A stretch of 64,000 nt of DNA. Source: Anaerolineales bacterium UBA6092. Its GTDB lineage: Bacteria > Chloroflexota > Anaerolineae > Anaerolineales > UBA4823. Shown here in pieces: positions 53,483 through 61,516 of this stretch. A program made the position numbers and the translations under genes. The notes under the pieces were generated by a model that saw only the letters and a list, made by a program, of their open reading frames with translations, ran no database searches and was not told the origin of the DNA. The stretch spans positions 51,570-115,569 of the forward strand of contig DIXA01000058.1 of the NCBI GenBank assembly GCA_002428565.1. Direction: 5' to 3'. Each line of letters starts with the position of its first letter. Within the stretch, counting starts at the first letter, position 1.

Positions 53483-53533
53483 CGAAATGGAGGGGTGGCA
53501 GCGGGCTTCGCATGTTGCCACCCCTCCATTTCG
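53483..53533. repeat. 18-bp perfect-stem hairpin (CGAAATGGA... family), copy A
   Basis: CGAAATGGAGGGGTGGCA (53483-53500) pairs with TGCCACCCCTCCATTTCG (53516-53533) across a 15-nt G/C-rich loop. It lies in the divergent intergenic region, immediately upstream (minus strand) of a TATAAT box at 53465-53470. Confidence 0.75.
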
Positions 53534-53572
53534 GAGTTCCTTTCCGACAATTTTTTAATTTTGTTTGTACGT

Positions 53573-53601
53573 TTGCGACCTGTTTTTTTTTGTGGTATCA
53601 T
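53573..53601 (+). promoter_or_regulatory. Candidate sigma-70-type promoter for the protease gene (TTGCGA-17 nt-TGgTATCAT)
   Basis: -35 TTGCGA at 53573-53578, 17-nt T-rich spacer, TG-extended -10 TATCAT at 53596-53601, in the most AT-rich part of the window. It would give a roughly 235-nt leader. This is a motif match only. Confidence 0.3.
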
Positions 53602-53844
53602 TAACGACCTGTGAGCATGCCGTTAATTTTCGATGAGTGGTTGTTTGCGCCTCGACCCGCAAGGGCTGGCCTGTGGAGGTATTTTTATTTCTAACCATGG
53701 CAACCGAATACCGGAAAGGAGGTGCAATGCATGATCAGGCGTGGGGGGAGCCAAGCGTAACCTGATAAGGAGAGAAGGCTCGTTTTGTAGAAAGACGATA
53801 TTCGTTCGATCCTAACCACAGTTTTTCAAGGAGATTAACTAACA

Positions 53845-56800
53845 ATGAAACAGAAATTTTGGCAACGATTGTTTTCCATAGTTCTGCTGGCAGGCATGCT
53901 GCTCGGTATGGTGCAGCCACGTTCTGCGATGGCAGCGGCCCCGGCTGAACCGCCGACATTGGCCGAAATTGACCCGGCTCTGCTGATCGAGCTGGAACAG
54001 GAAGGCACGGCGGCTTTCTTTGTGCAGATGAGCGCCAAAGCCGACCTGAGCGCGGCGGATAAGATCACTGATTGGAGCGAGCGCGGTTGGTTTGTATACA
54101 ACGCGCTGCTCGAGACCGCCCGCACCTCCCAGGCGAAAGTGATCGAATACGCGGAGAAGAACGGGATTGAATACCGCTCGTTCTACACCAACAACTCGGT
54201 CTACTTCCCCAACGGCACCGGCCAGATGGTGCAAGACCTGGCCGCGTTCGATGGGGTGCAGCAGTTGAAGTTGGAAGGCTATGCCTACATCACGCCAGAG
54301 GCCCCTCTGGCAACGACCTACGGGCCGGAGTACTCTGCGCCCGCTTCGCCGGACGCCTATGGTTATAACCTGACCACCCTGGCGCCTGCGGCGAGCGGCG
54401 GTTTGTACGGGATGCAGGCTGTACAGGTGTGGCAAGATTACGGTGTGAAAGGCAGCGGCATCGTGGTTGCCAACATCGACACCGGCGCCAACTACCTGCA
54501 CGAAGCCTTGATCCGCCAGTACCGCGGCACCATCAGCCCGGGCACCTATGACCATAACTACAACTGGTACATGCCGACCTCCGGCTGCGGCGATGGCACC
54601 TATGCCTGCGACAACAACGGCCATGGCTCGGGCACGATGGGCATCATGGTTGGTGAGACCGCAGACCTGGTGGAGCAGATCGGTATTGCCCCCGAGGCTA
54701 CCTGGATCGCCTGCAAGGGCTGCGAGACTACTGGCTGCTCGGATGCGGCACTGACCGGCTGCGCCGACTGGATGGTAGCGCCCTGCCCGATCGGCGTTGC
54801 GCCGGGCGGACCCGGCTGCAATGCCGACATGCGCCCCCACATCGTCAACAACTCGTGGGGCGGCGGCGGTGGCGATACCTGGTATCAGGACTATGTTGAT
54901 GCCTGGGTGGCTGCGGGAATCTTCCCGGCCTTCTCGGCAGGCAATACGGTCGGCTGCCAGACTCTGGGCAGCCCGGGTGATAATCCACCTTCGTTCGGTA
55001 CGGCGGCGCACAGCTCCGCAGGCGAGAACACCTACGCCGGCGGGCCGAGCTCCTTCTACCTGACCCCCTCCTGCGACCCGGACCTGCACCAGATCGACCC
55101 GCACATCAGTTCGCCCACCTTTGGGCGCACTTCGAACATGACCCCGGGCACTTACTATAACCTGAGCGGCACTTCGGGCGCCAGCCCGCATACCGCCGGC
55201 GCAGTGGCGCTGATCTGGAGCGCCAACCCGGGCTACATTGGCGACATCCCCGGCACCTTCACCGTGCTGGAGCAGACCGCCAATCACGACTACTTCTCGG
55301 AGACAGGCTGCGGTAAACCGGCCTGCGCCGGGACGAACATCTGGCCCAACTATGATTACGGCTGGGGCTTCCTGGATGCCCTGGCGGCGGTAGAATACGT
55401 CGGCGTGGGCGGCCAGGGTGCGCTGGAAGGCAATGTGACTGAGGCCCTCAAGGCCCCCGGCGACCCACTGGTCGGCGTGACCATCACCGCCTACCCGCAG
55501 GGCCCTGGTGGCAACCAATCTACCACCACCGACGCCTCGGGGTACTACACCCTGACGTTGATGGCTGGCTTGTACGATGTTGAGGCCACCAGCCCCTACT
55601 TCACCTCCGTGTTGGTTGAAGATATCGAGATCATCACCAACACTGTGGAGACCCAGAACTTTGCCATGGATCCCAAGGGCCTGCTCTACGGCTACGTCAC
55701 CGACGCCGATAACGGCTTCGGTCTGGACGCCACCGTGACCGCGGATAGCGGCGAGTTCGCCAACACCGATCCGTCCGATGGCTACTACGAGCTGTACCTG
55801 GATGCCGGCACCTATGATGTGACCGCTGCGGCTACGGACTATGCCTCCGATACCGAAACCGTGGTGATCGTCTCGGGCGTCAACCTGCAGCAGGACTTTG
55901 ATCTGCTGGCGGCGGTTTCGTTCGTGCCCTCTCCGTTGGGGATCACCCTGACGCTGGGCGGCGACGGCAGCGTGCCGGTTGTGCTGACGAATAACCAGGG
56001 CGCTCCCTACGACTTCGCCTTCATGGAAATTGGCGGCGACTTCATCCCTAACAAGGCGGCTGGCATCGATGCTACCTGGCCTGGTCCGGATGGTTTCGGC
56101 TATGAAGGCTCTGCCGTGGACTACGACTGGATCGAGCTCTCTGCCACCGGTACGATGATCCCGCAGTTGACGGACGATGGTGTCAGCGCTGCGCTGCCGA
56201 TCGGCTTTACCTTCAACTTCTACGGCACAGACTACACCCAATTTTATGTTGGGGCCAACGGTTTCCTGAGGTTTGACACGAGTACATCGTCTCTGACCAA
56301 CCAGTGCCCGCTGCCCAACGCCACCGCACCCAACAACCTCATTGCGTTGATGTGGGACGACCTGGATCCGGGCGATAACAGCGACCCGGTGTACTACCAG
56401 TACTTCCCCTCCTGCCCGGTGGGCGGCGGCGCCTGCACCGTGGTGCAGTATGAAGACTTCTGCCATTACCCCGGCGGGGCTACCTGCGCTACTGCGGGCA
56501 CCTTTGAGGCCATCCTCTTCGATAACGGCAGCGTTCAGCTGCAGTACGAAGACGCCGGCGCTGAGTTAGGCTCTGGCTCCACCACCGGCATCGAGAATGC
56601 CAACGTGCCTGGAAACTACGGCCTGACCTTCGCTTGCGATGCGGGCAACTCGCTGGTAGATGGCACCTCGATCTGCTTCGCTTACCCGGGTTCCTCGGGC
56701 TGCGCGGCTGGCGATGTGCTTTGGTTTGATATCGCTCCTGCCAGCGGCACGGTCCCGGCAACGGGTTCCATCAACGCCACCGCCTACTTCACCGCTACCG

Positions 56801-59800
56801 CGGCAGTGGGTGTGGACCAGCCCGGCGAGTACCACATGACGCTGCGCGTGGATGGCGAACCGCAGCTGGATGTGCCCGTGGTGATGACCGTTGAGCCCAG
56901 CGCTACCATGGGCCAGATCGAGGGTATTGTCACCAGCGAGCGCCCCGGCGGTTTCCTGGAAGCTGAGATCCTCATCGAGAACAGCGGCGGTATCACCTGG
57001 ACCACCACCAGCGACCCGGACACCGGCTACTACACCTACTGGCTGGAGGCGGGCACCTACAACGTGACTGCCAGCGCCCCCGGCTACCTGGACGATGCGG
57101 TGACCGGCCTCGTCATCACGGCTGACGCTACCACCACCCAGGACTTCGAGCTGGTACTGGATGCGCCCTGGATCGTGGTTGACCCGGCCTTCTTGGACGT
57201 GACCGTCACCTTTGGCGGCGATTTCACCGACACGCTGACGGTCTACAACGACGGCACGCTGCCTCTGGATTTTGAGATCAGCGAGCACGATGAGGCCTTC
57301 AGCCCCACCGCGGGTGAGGACGTGTTGGTGGTGTCGAACGACTCCACGGCAGATACCGCCATGGAGACGGCCCTGACCGCCAATGGCTACACCTGGCTGG
57401 AGGTCACTCCCACCGTGTTCAACACCATGCCGGTGGTCGACCTGCTGGAGTATCAGGCGGTCTTCTGGGCTGGCAGCTGCTCCACAACCTACGATGCTCA
57501 CGTGATGGCGTACCTGGATGCTGGCGGCAGTTTTTACATCTCAGATAACGACCAGGGCTACTTCTATAACGCCTCGGCGTTATACACAACCTACCTGCAG
57601 GCCACCTTCGTCTCCGACGACCCGGGGATTGACACCCTCATCGGTGAAGATTTCATGACCGGGTTGAATCCCAACATCGCTGCAGACCCCTACCCGGATC
57701 ACTTCACTGTGAAGGCTGAGGGCACGCGCATCTTCCAGTTCACCGGCGGCAACGCGGCTGGTGTGGCGGTGGATCGCAACGGCTACAAGGCCATCTACAC
57801 CTCCTGGGACTTCCAGCAGATCGCTTCGGCTGCGGATGAGGTGGAACTGGTCAGCCGCGTGATGGGCTTCTTGGGCGCACAGGATATCGTGTGGCTGAGC
57901 GAAGCCCCCATCACCGGCACCATCCCGGCGGGCAGCTGGACGGAAGTGGATGTGACCTTCGACTCCGGCATGGTTTCCGAGCCGGGCGTCTACCAGGCCA
58001 ACCTGCGCTTCGATAACAACGACCCGCTCAATGGCCGCCTGAGCATCCCGGTGACCATGACCGTGCAGCCGACGACTGACCTGGGCCTGCTGGATGGTAC
58101 TGTCACCAGCGACCGCCCCGGCGCTCCGCTGGAGGCCAGCCTGTTGATCGAGGATGGACTCGGCGGCTCGTGGACAGTTGACGCTGATCCGAGCGGCTTC
58201 TACTACCGCTGGCTGTACGAAGGCACCTACACCGTCACCGCCTCTGCCCCCGGCTACCTGGATGACTCAGCGGTGGTGGTGATCGTAGGTACGCAGACCA
58301 CCGTGCAGGACTTCGTCCTGCTGCTGGAGCAGCCCGAGGTTGTGGTGAGCCCGCCACCTGCCGAACAGGTACTGGTCTTTGGTGATGTAATCACCGAAAC
58401 TCTGGTGATCACCAACACCGGTTACGCTGACCTTGAGTTCACCCTGCGTGAGCAAGATGGCGGCGCCTTACCGCTGATCTCCATCCCGGCCTTCACCGGC
58501 CCGGCTCCGCAAGATAACCGCCCGGTTTCGTTTGGGCCCGCTCCGGATGCCCCGCAGGTCAACGGCACGTTGGGTATCATCATCAACGGCGCTCCGGCCT
58601 ACGGCATCAACCTGGGCACAGATACCCTGTACAACTGGCCTGATATCGGCGTGCCCGGCACCTGGAATCTTGTCGGCGCAACCGGCGTCGCCTCGGGTTA
58701 CACCGGCGACTTCATGAGCGACGACTTCACCAAGATGTACGTGGTGGACAGCGCTGATAAGAGCCTGTATACGGTCAGCACCGCCACCGGCGCTAAGACT
58801 CTGGTCGGCGCCACCGGTATCGCTGCTGGCCTGACCACAACCGGCATGGGCTGGGACGAGAGCACCGGCACGATGTACATCGTGGCAACGGACGGCTCTT
58901 CAGCCAACCTGTACACGCTGAACCTGACCAGCGGCGCAGCCACCCTGGTGACCGCGCTGCCCAGCGATGCAGCCCTCACCATCGCTATCGCTTTCAGCCC
59001 CGATGGTGTGTTGTTCGCCCATGATATCAATCAGGACCGCATCATCACCATCAACAAGACCACTGGCGCAGTCACCAGCATCGGCCTCACCGGCCTGGCG
59101 GCGAACTACGCTCAGGGTATGGACTTCGATGACGAAACGGGCGTCCTGTATCTGGCGGCCTACACTACCACAGGCGCGCTGTACATCGCCGACACCACCA
59201 CCGGTGCAACCACCCTGGTGGGTGCCTTCCCCGGCGGCGCCGAGGTGGACTCCTTCGCCATCCAGACGGCTGTTGCAGCTGACATCTCCTGGCTGAGCGA
59301 GGTTCCTGCCGCGGGCACCATCCCGGCTGGCGAAACCTTCACCGTAGATCTGGTGTACGACTCGGGTCAGGTTCTTGAGCCCGGCACCTACATCGGCAAC
59401 CTGCACGTCAACAGCAACGATCCCTACGTGGCCCGCGTGACCCTCCCGGTGACGCTGACCGTGCTGCCCAGCGGCTCGATTGGCCTGCTGGATGGTATGG
59501 TGCAATCGCTGGGTCACTGCGATGCCAACCCGGTTCCTGCCGAGGCGACGATCATCGCTGAGAACCCCCTGGGTGCCACCTGGACGATCATGAGCAGCGG
59601 CACCACCGGTCTCTACTCCCGCTGGCTGCCCGCCGACACCTACCACCTGACCGTCAGCGCGCCGGACCACATGGGCGCTGAGGCGGATGTAGTTGTCACG
59701 GAAAACATGACCACCACGCACGACTTCGATCTGCGCTGGCTGGGCGCCTGCGTGAGCGTGGACCCGGTGGCGTACGAAGTGACTGTAGCCCAGGGTTACG

Positions 59801-61335
59801 ACTGGACCGAGAGCCTGGACATCAGCAACATGGGTGCTGGCGCCACCGACTTCGAACTGACTGAGGTGGATGGCGGCTTTACCCCGGCGCTCAATGCCAT
59901 CGCATACCTGCCGGCGACAACTCCGAGCAACAGCCCGGCTGCCCGCGGCGGTACTGCGCTGGCCCAACCGGCCCGCACCGTGATCTTCCCGGCTGGCCTG
60001 CCTTCGGCGGGTGAGATAGCCGTACTGATCATCAGCCCCGATAATACCGTGGCTGGCCTTGTGGCTACACTGGCGGCCTACCCCGACCTGCTCGTAACTG
60101 TGTGGCCGACCTCCTCCGCTAACCCCGGGCTGGCTGACATGCAGCCGTACGATGTTGTTATCGTCGGCAATGACCTGCTCTGGACAGCGGTTGGCTGGGA
60201 TAAAGTGTCCATCGGCAATGCCCTGGCTGACTACATCGACGGCGGCGGCAAGGTGATCGAAGCCATGTACGTTCAATCCTTCGATGACTGGGGCTTCGGC
60301 GGTCGCTACCTGACCGGCGGCTACAGCCCGTTCACCGTGGCCTCCACGGATGTGTGGGGTGCTGGCTCGATGACGATCTCCAATCCATCCCATCCTGTGA
60401 TGGCTGGCGTGACCACCATCGCTGACACCTGGGGTCATCAGAACCCTGGTCTGCGTGCGGGTGCGGAATCGCTGGCTGCCTGGACGGATAGCTACCATGG
60501 TGTGGCAGTCAATGAAAACGTGGTGGCGCTGAACCTGTTGCTCACCGAAGCACCTGGCTGGACCGGCGATGTGGGCACGCTGCTACACAACGCCTGTGTC
60601 TGGCTGGCTGGTGGTGGGCCTCAGGAAATCCCGTGGGTGTACGAGACCCCGGTCACCGGCACGGTGGATGCGGATAGCCTCTACACCGTGGATGTGACCT
60701 TCGTCGCCACGGCAACCCAACCGCTGGGCACCTACACCGGCACGCTGATCCTGGCCACCGCCGACATCATGGGCGATATCGAAATCCCGCTCATCCTGCA
60801 CGTGGTCACGTCGATCCCGCCGGAAGTGTCCTTCACCGCAGATGAACTGCTCTGCGCCGGTGTGGAAACCACCTTCGTCAACACCTCCTTCGCGGGCCAG
60901 CCGGCTGCCACCGAGTTCCTGTGGGACTTCGGCGACGGCGTGACCATGACGGCGGGGTTGGAAGATGTGACCCACACCTACATGGATGCCGGCCTCTACG
61001 ATGTGACGCTGGAAGCCTGCAATGTCGGCGGCTGCGACACCTTCACCCTCCAGGTGGAAGTGGTTGCACAGCCCATCGCAGACTTCACCTACGTGGCGAA
61101 CGGCGCTACCGTGGACTTCACCAACACCTCGACCGATGCCGACACTTACCTGTGGGACTTCGGCGATGGCGAGACCTCCACGGACATGAACCCCAGCCAC
61201 ACCTATGCGGCTGCCGGTGACTACGTGGTAACGCTCTATGCCTATAACGACTGTGGCATGGGCACCAAGGTTGTCACCATCACGATCGGGCCGGAGTACT
61301 ACCGCATCTGGCTGCCGACCCTGATGAAGAACTAA
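53845..61335 (+). CDS. Giant (2496 aa) secreted subtilisin-family (S8) serine protease with I9-like propeptide, repeated Ig-like/CarboxypepD_reg-like modules, a beta-propeller-like repeat region and two C-terminal PKD domains
   Basis: AAGGAG lies 11 nt upstream. Signal peptide MKQKFWQRLFSIVLLAGMLLGMVQPRSAMA. Catalytic triad motifs: VVANIDTGANY (Asp 54478-54480), DNNGHGSGTMG (His 54622-54624), NLSGTSGASPHTAG (Ser 55174-55176). PKD signatures: FLWDFGDGVT...HTYMDAGLYDVTLEA and YLWDFGDGETS...HTYAAAGDYVVTLYA. Confidence 0.9.
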   Translation: MKQKFWQRLFSIVLLAGMLLGMVQPRSAMAAAPAEPPTLAEIDPALLIELEQEGTAAFFVQMSAKADLSAADKITDWSERGWFVYNALLETARTSQAKVIEYAEKNGIEYRSFYTNNSVYFPNGTGQMVQDLAAFDGVQQLKLEGYAYITPEAPLATTYGPEYSAPASPDAYGYNLTTLAPAASGGLYGMQAVQVWQDYGVKGSGIVVANIDTGANYLHEALIRQYRGTISPGTYDHNYNWYMPTSGCGDGTYACDNNGHGSGTMGIMVGETADLVEQIGIAPEATWIACKGCETTGCSDAALTGCADWMVAPCPIGVAPGGPGCNADMRPHIVNNSWGGGGGDTWYQDYVDAWVAAGIFPAFSAGNTVGCQTLGSPGDNPPSFGTAAHSSAGENTYAGGPSSFYLTPSCDPDLHQIDPHISSPTFGRTSNMTPGTYYNLSGTSGASPHTAGAVALIWSANPGYIGDIPGTFTVLEQTANHDYFSETGCGKPACAGTNIWPNYDYGWGFLDALAAVEYVGVGGQGALEGNVTEALKAPGDPLVGVTITAYPQGPGGNQSTTTDASGYYTLTLMAGLYDVEATSPYFTSVLVEDIEIITNTVETQNFAMDPKGLLYGYVTDADNGFGLDATVTADSGEFANTDPSDGYYELYLDAGTYDVTAAATDYASDTETVVIVSGVNLQQDFDLLAAVSFVPSPLGITLTLGGDGSVPVVLTNNQGAPYDFAFMEIGGDFIPNKAAGIDATWPGPDGFGYEGSAVDYDWIELSATGTMIPQLTDDGVSAALPIGFTFNFYGTDYTQFYVGANGFLRFDTSTSSLTNQCPLPNATAPNNLIALMWDDLDPGDNSDPVYYQYFPSCPVGGGACTVVQYEDFCHYPGGATCATAGTFEAILFDNGSVQLQYEDAGAELGSGSTTGIENANVPGNYGLTFACDAGNSLVDGTSICFAYPGSSGCAAGDVLWFDIAPASGTVPATGSINATAYFTATAAVGVDQPGEYHMTLRVDGEPQLDVPVVMTVEPSATMGQIEGIVTSERPGGFLEAEILIENSGGITWTTTSDPDTGYYTYWLEAGTYNVTASAPGYLDDAVTGLVITADATTTQDFELVLDAPWIVVDPAFLDVTVTFGGDFTDTLTVYNDGTLPLDFEISEHDEAFSPTAGEDVLVVSNDSTADTAMETALTANGYTWLEVTPTVFNTMPVVDLLEYQAVFWAGSCSTTYDAHVMAYLDAGGSFYISDNDQGYFYNASALYTTYLQATFVSDDPGIDTLIGEDFMTGLNPNIAADPYPDHFTVKAEGTRIFQFTGGNAAGVAVDRNGYKAIYTSWDFQQIASAADEVELVSRVMGFLGAQDIVWLSEAPITGTIPAGSWTEVDVTFDSGMVSEPGVYQANLRFDNNDPLNGRLSIPVTMTVQPTTDLGLLDGTVTSDRPGAPLEASLLIEDGLGGSWTVDADPSGFYYRWLYEGTYTVTASAPGYLDDSAVVVIVGTQTTVQDFVLLLEQPEVVVSPPPAEQVLVFGDVITETLVITNTGYADLEFTLREQDGGALPLISIPAFTGPAPQDNRPVSFGPAPDAPQVNGTLGIIINGAPAYGINLGTDTLYNWPDIGVPGTWNLVGATGVASGYTGDFMSDDFTKMYVVDSADKSLYTVSTATGAKTLVGATGIAAGLTTTGMGWDESTGTMYIVATDGSSANLYTLNLTSGAATLVTALPSDAALTIAIAFSPDGVLFAHDINQDRIITINKTTGAVTSIGLTGLAANYAQGMDFDDETGVLYLAAYTTTGALYIADTTTGATTLVGAFPGGAEVDSFAIQTAVAADISWLSEVPAAGTIPAGETFTVDLVYDSGQVLEPGTYIGNLHVNSNDPYVARVTLPVTLTVLPSGSIGLLDGMVQSLGHCDANPVPAEATIIAENPLGATWTIMSSGTTGLYSRWLPADTYHLTVSAPDHMGAEADVVVTENMTTTHDFDLRWLGACVSVDPVAYEVTVAQGYDWTESLDISNMGAGATDFELTEVDGGFTPALNAIAYLPATTPSNSPAARGGTALAQPARTVIFPAGLPSAGEIAVLIISPDNTVAGLVATLAAYPDLLVTVWPTSSANPGLADMQPYDVVIVGNDLLWTAVGWDKVSIGNALADYIDGGGKVIEAMYVQSFDDWGFGGRYLTGGYSPFTVASTDVWGAGSMTISNPSHPVMAGVTTIADTWGHQNPGLRAGAESLAAWTDSYHGVAVNENVVALNLLLTEAPGWTGDVGTLLHNACVWLAGGGPQEIPWVYETPVTGTVDADSLYTVDVTFVATATQPLGTYTGTLILATADIMGDIEIPLILHVVTSIPPEVSFTADELLCAGVETTFVNTSFAGQPAATEFLWDFGDGVTMTAGLEDVTHTYMDAGLYDVTLEACNVGGCDTFTLQVEVVAQPIADFTYVANGATVDFTNTSTDADTYLWDFGDGETSTDMNPSHTYAAAGDYVVTLYAYNDCGMGTKVVTITIGPEYYRIWLPTLMKN

Positions 61336-61396
61336 CCGGTCTGCGTAACAGCTTCGGCTGTTGCAACTGACCAACATATAGACCTAACCCCCCCTT

Positions 61397-61434
61397 CCCC
61401 CCTTCCTGGGGCGGGAAGGGGGGGGACTTTTTCT
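61397..61434 (+). terminator. Rho-independent terminator of the protease gene
   Basis: CCCCCCTTCC (61397-61406) pairs with GGAAGGGGGG (61414-61423) across a 7-nt loop, followed by ggacTTTTTCT. Confidence 0.75.
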
Positions 61435-61436
61435 CC

Positions 61437-61486
61437 CGAAAATGGAACTGAAGCAGGGCGACAGCCCCGCTTCAGTTCCATTTTCG
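61437..61486. repeat. 18-bp perfect-stem hairpin (CGAAAATGGA... family), copy B
   Basis: CGAAAATGGAACTGAAGC (61437-61454) pairs with GCTTCAGTTCCATTTTCG (61469-61486). The 14-nt loop AGGGCGACAGCCCC can extend the stem by GGGC/GCCC. The ORF-track start at 61442 is merely a translation of this hairpin. Confidence 0.75.
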
Positions 61487-61516
61487 GTTATACTTAAGCT
61501 ACGAGGTTCACACGGC

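Noticed and set aside
53455-53601. N-terminal extension of the multi-GAF kinase ORF (MIPQKKTGRKRTNKIKKL...)
   Set aside because: It runs through the most AT-rich intergenic DNA, the 18-bp hairpin and a TATAAT box. Its codon and amino-acid usage is unlike the rest of the gene.
53839-56466. 875-aa ORF on the minus strand, plus the 532-aa ORF at 58900-60498 and the 311-aa ORF at 56566-57501, all antisense to the protease gene
   Set aside because: Their composition is Arg/Gly/Val/His/Ala-rich with no recognisable motifs. The + strand frame carries an unambiguous S8 catalytic triad, a signal peptide and PKD domains. These are typical shadow ORFs of GC-rich coding DNA.
61442-61516. ORF-track start of the hypothetical protein (MELKQGDSPASVPFSVILKL...), and likewise the extensions 13015-13110 and 28994-29068
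   Set aside because: The first is simply a translation of the 18-bp hairpin repeat. The other two overlap the 3' ends of the preceding receptor genes, and better RBS-associated ATGs exist at 13111 and 29069.
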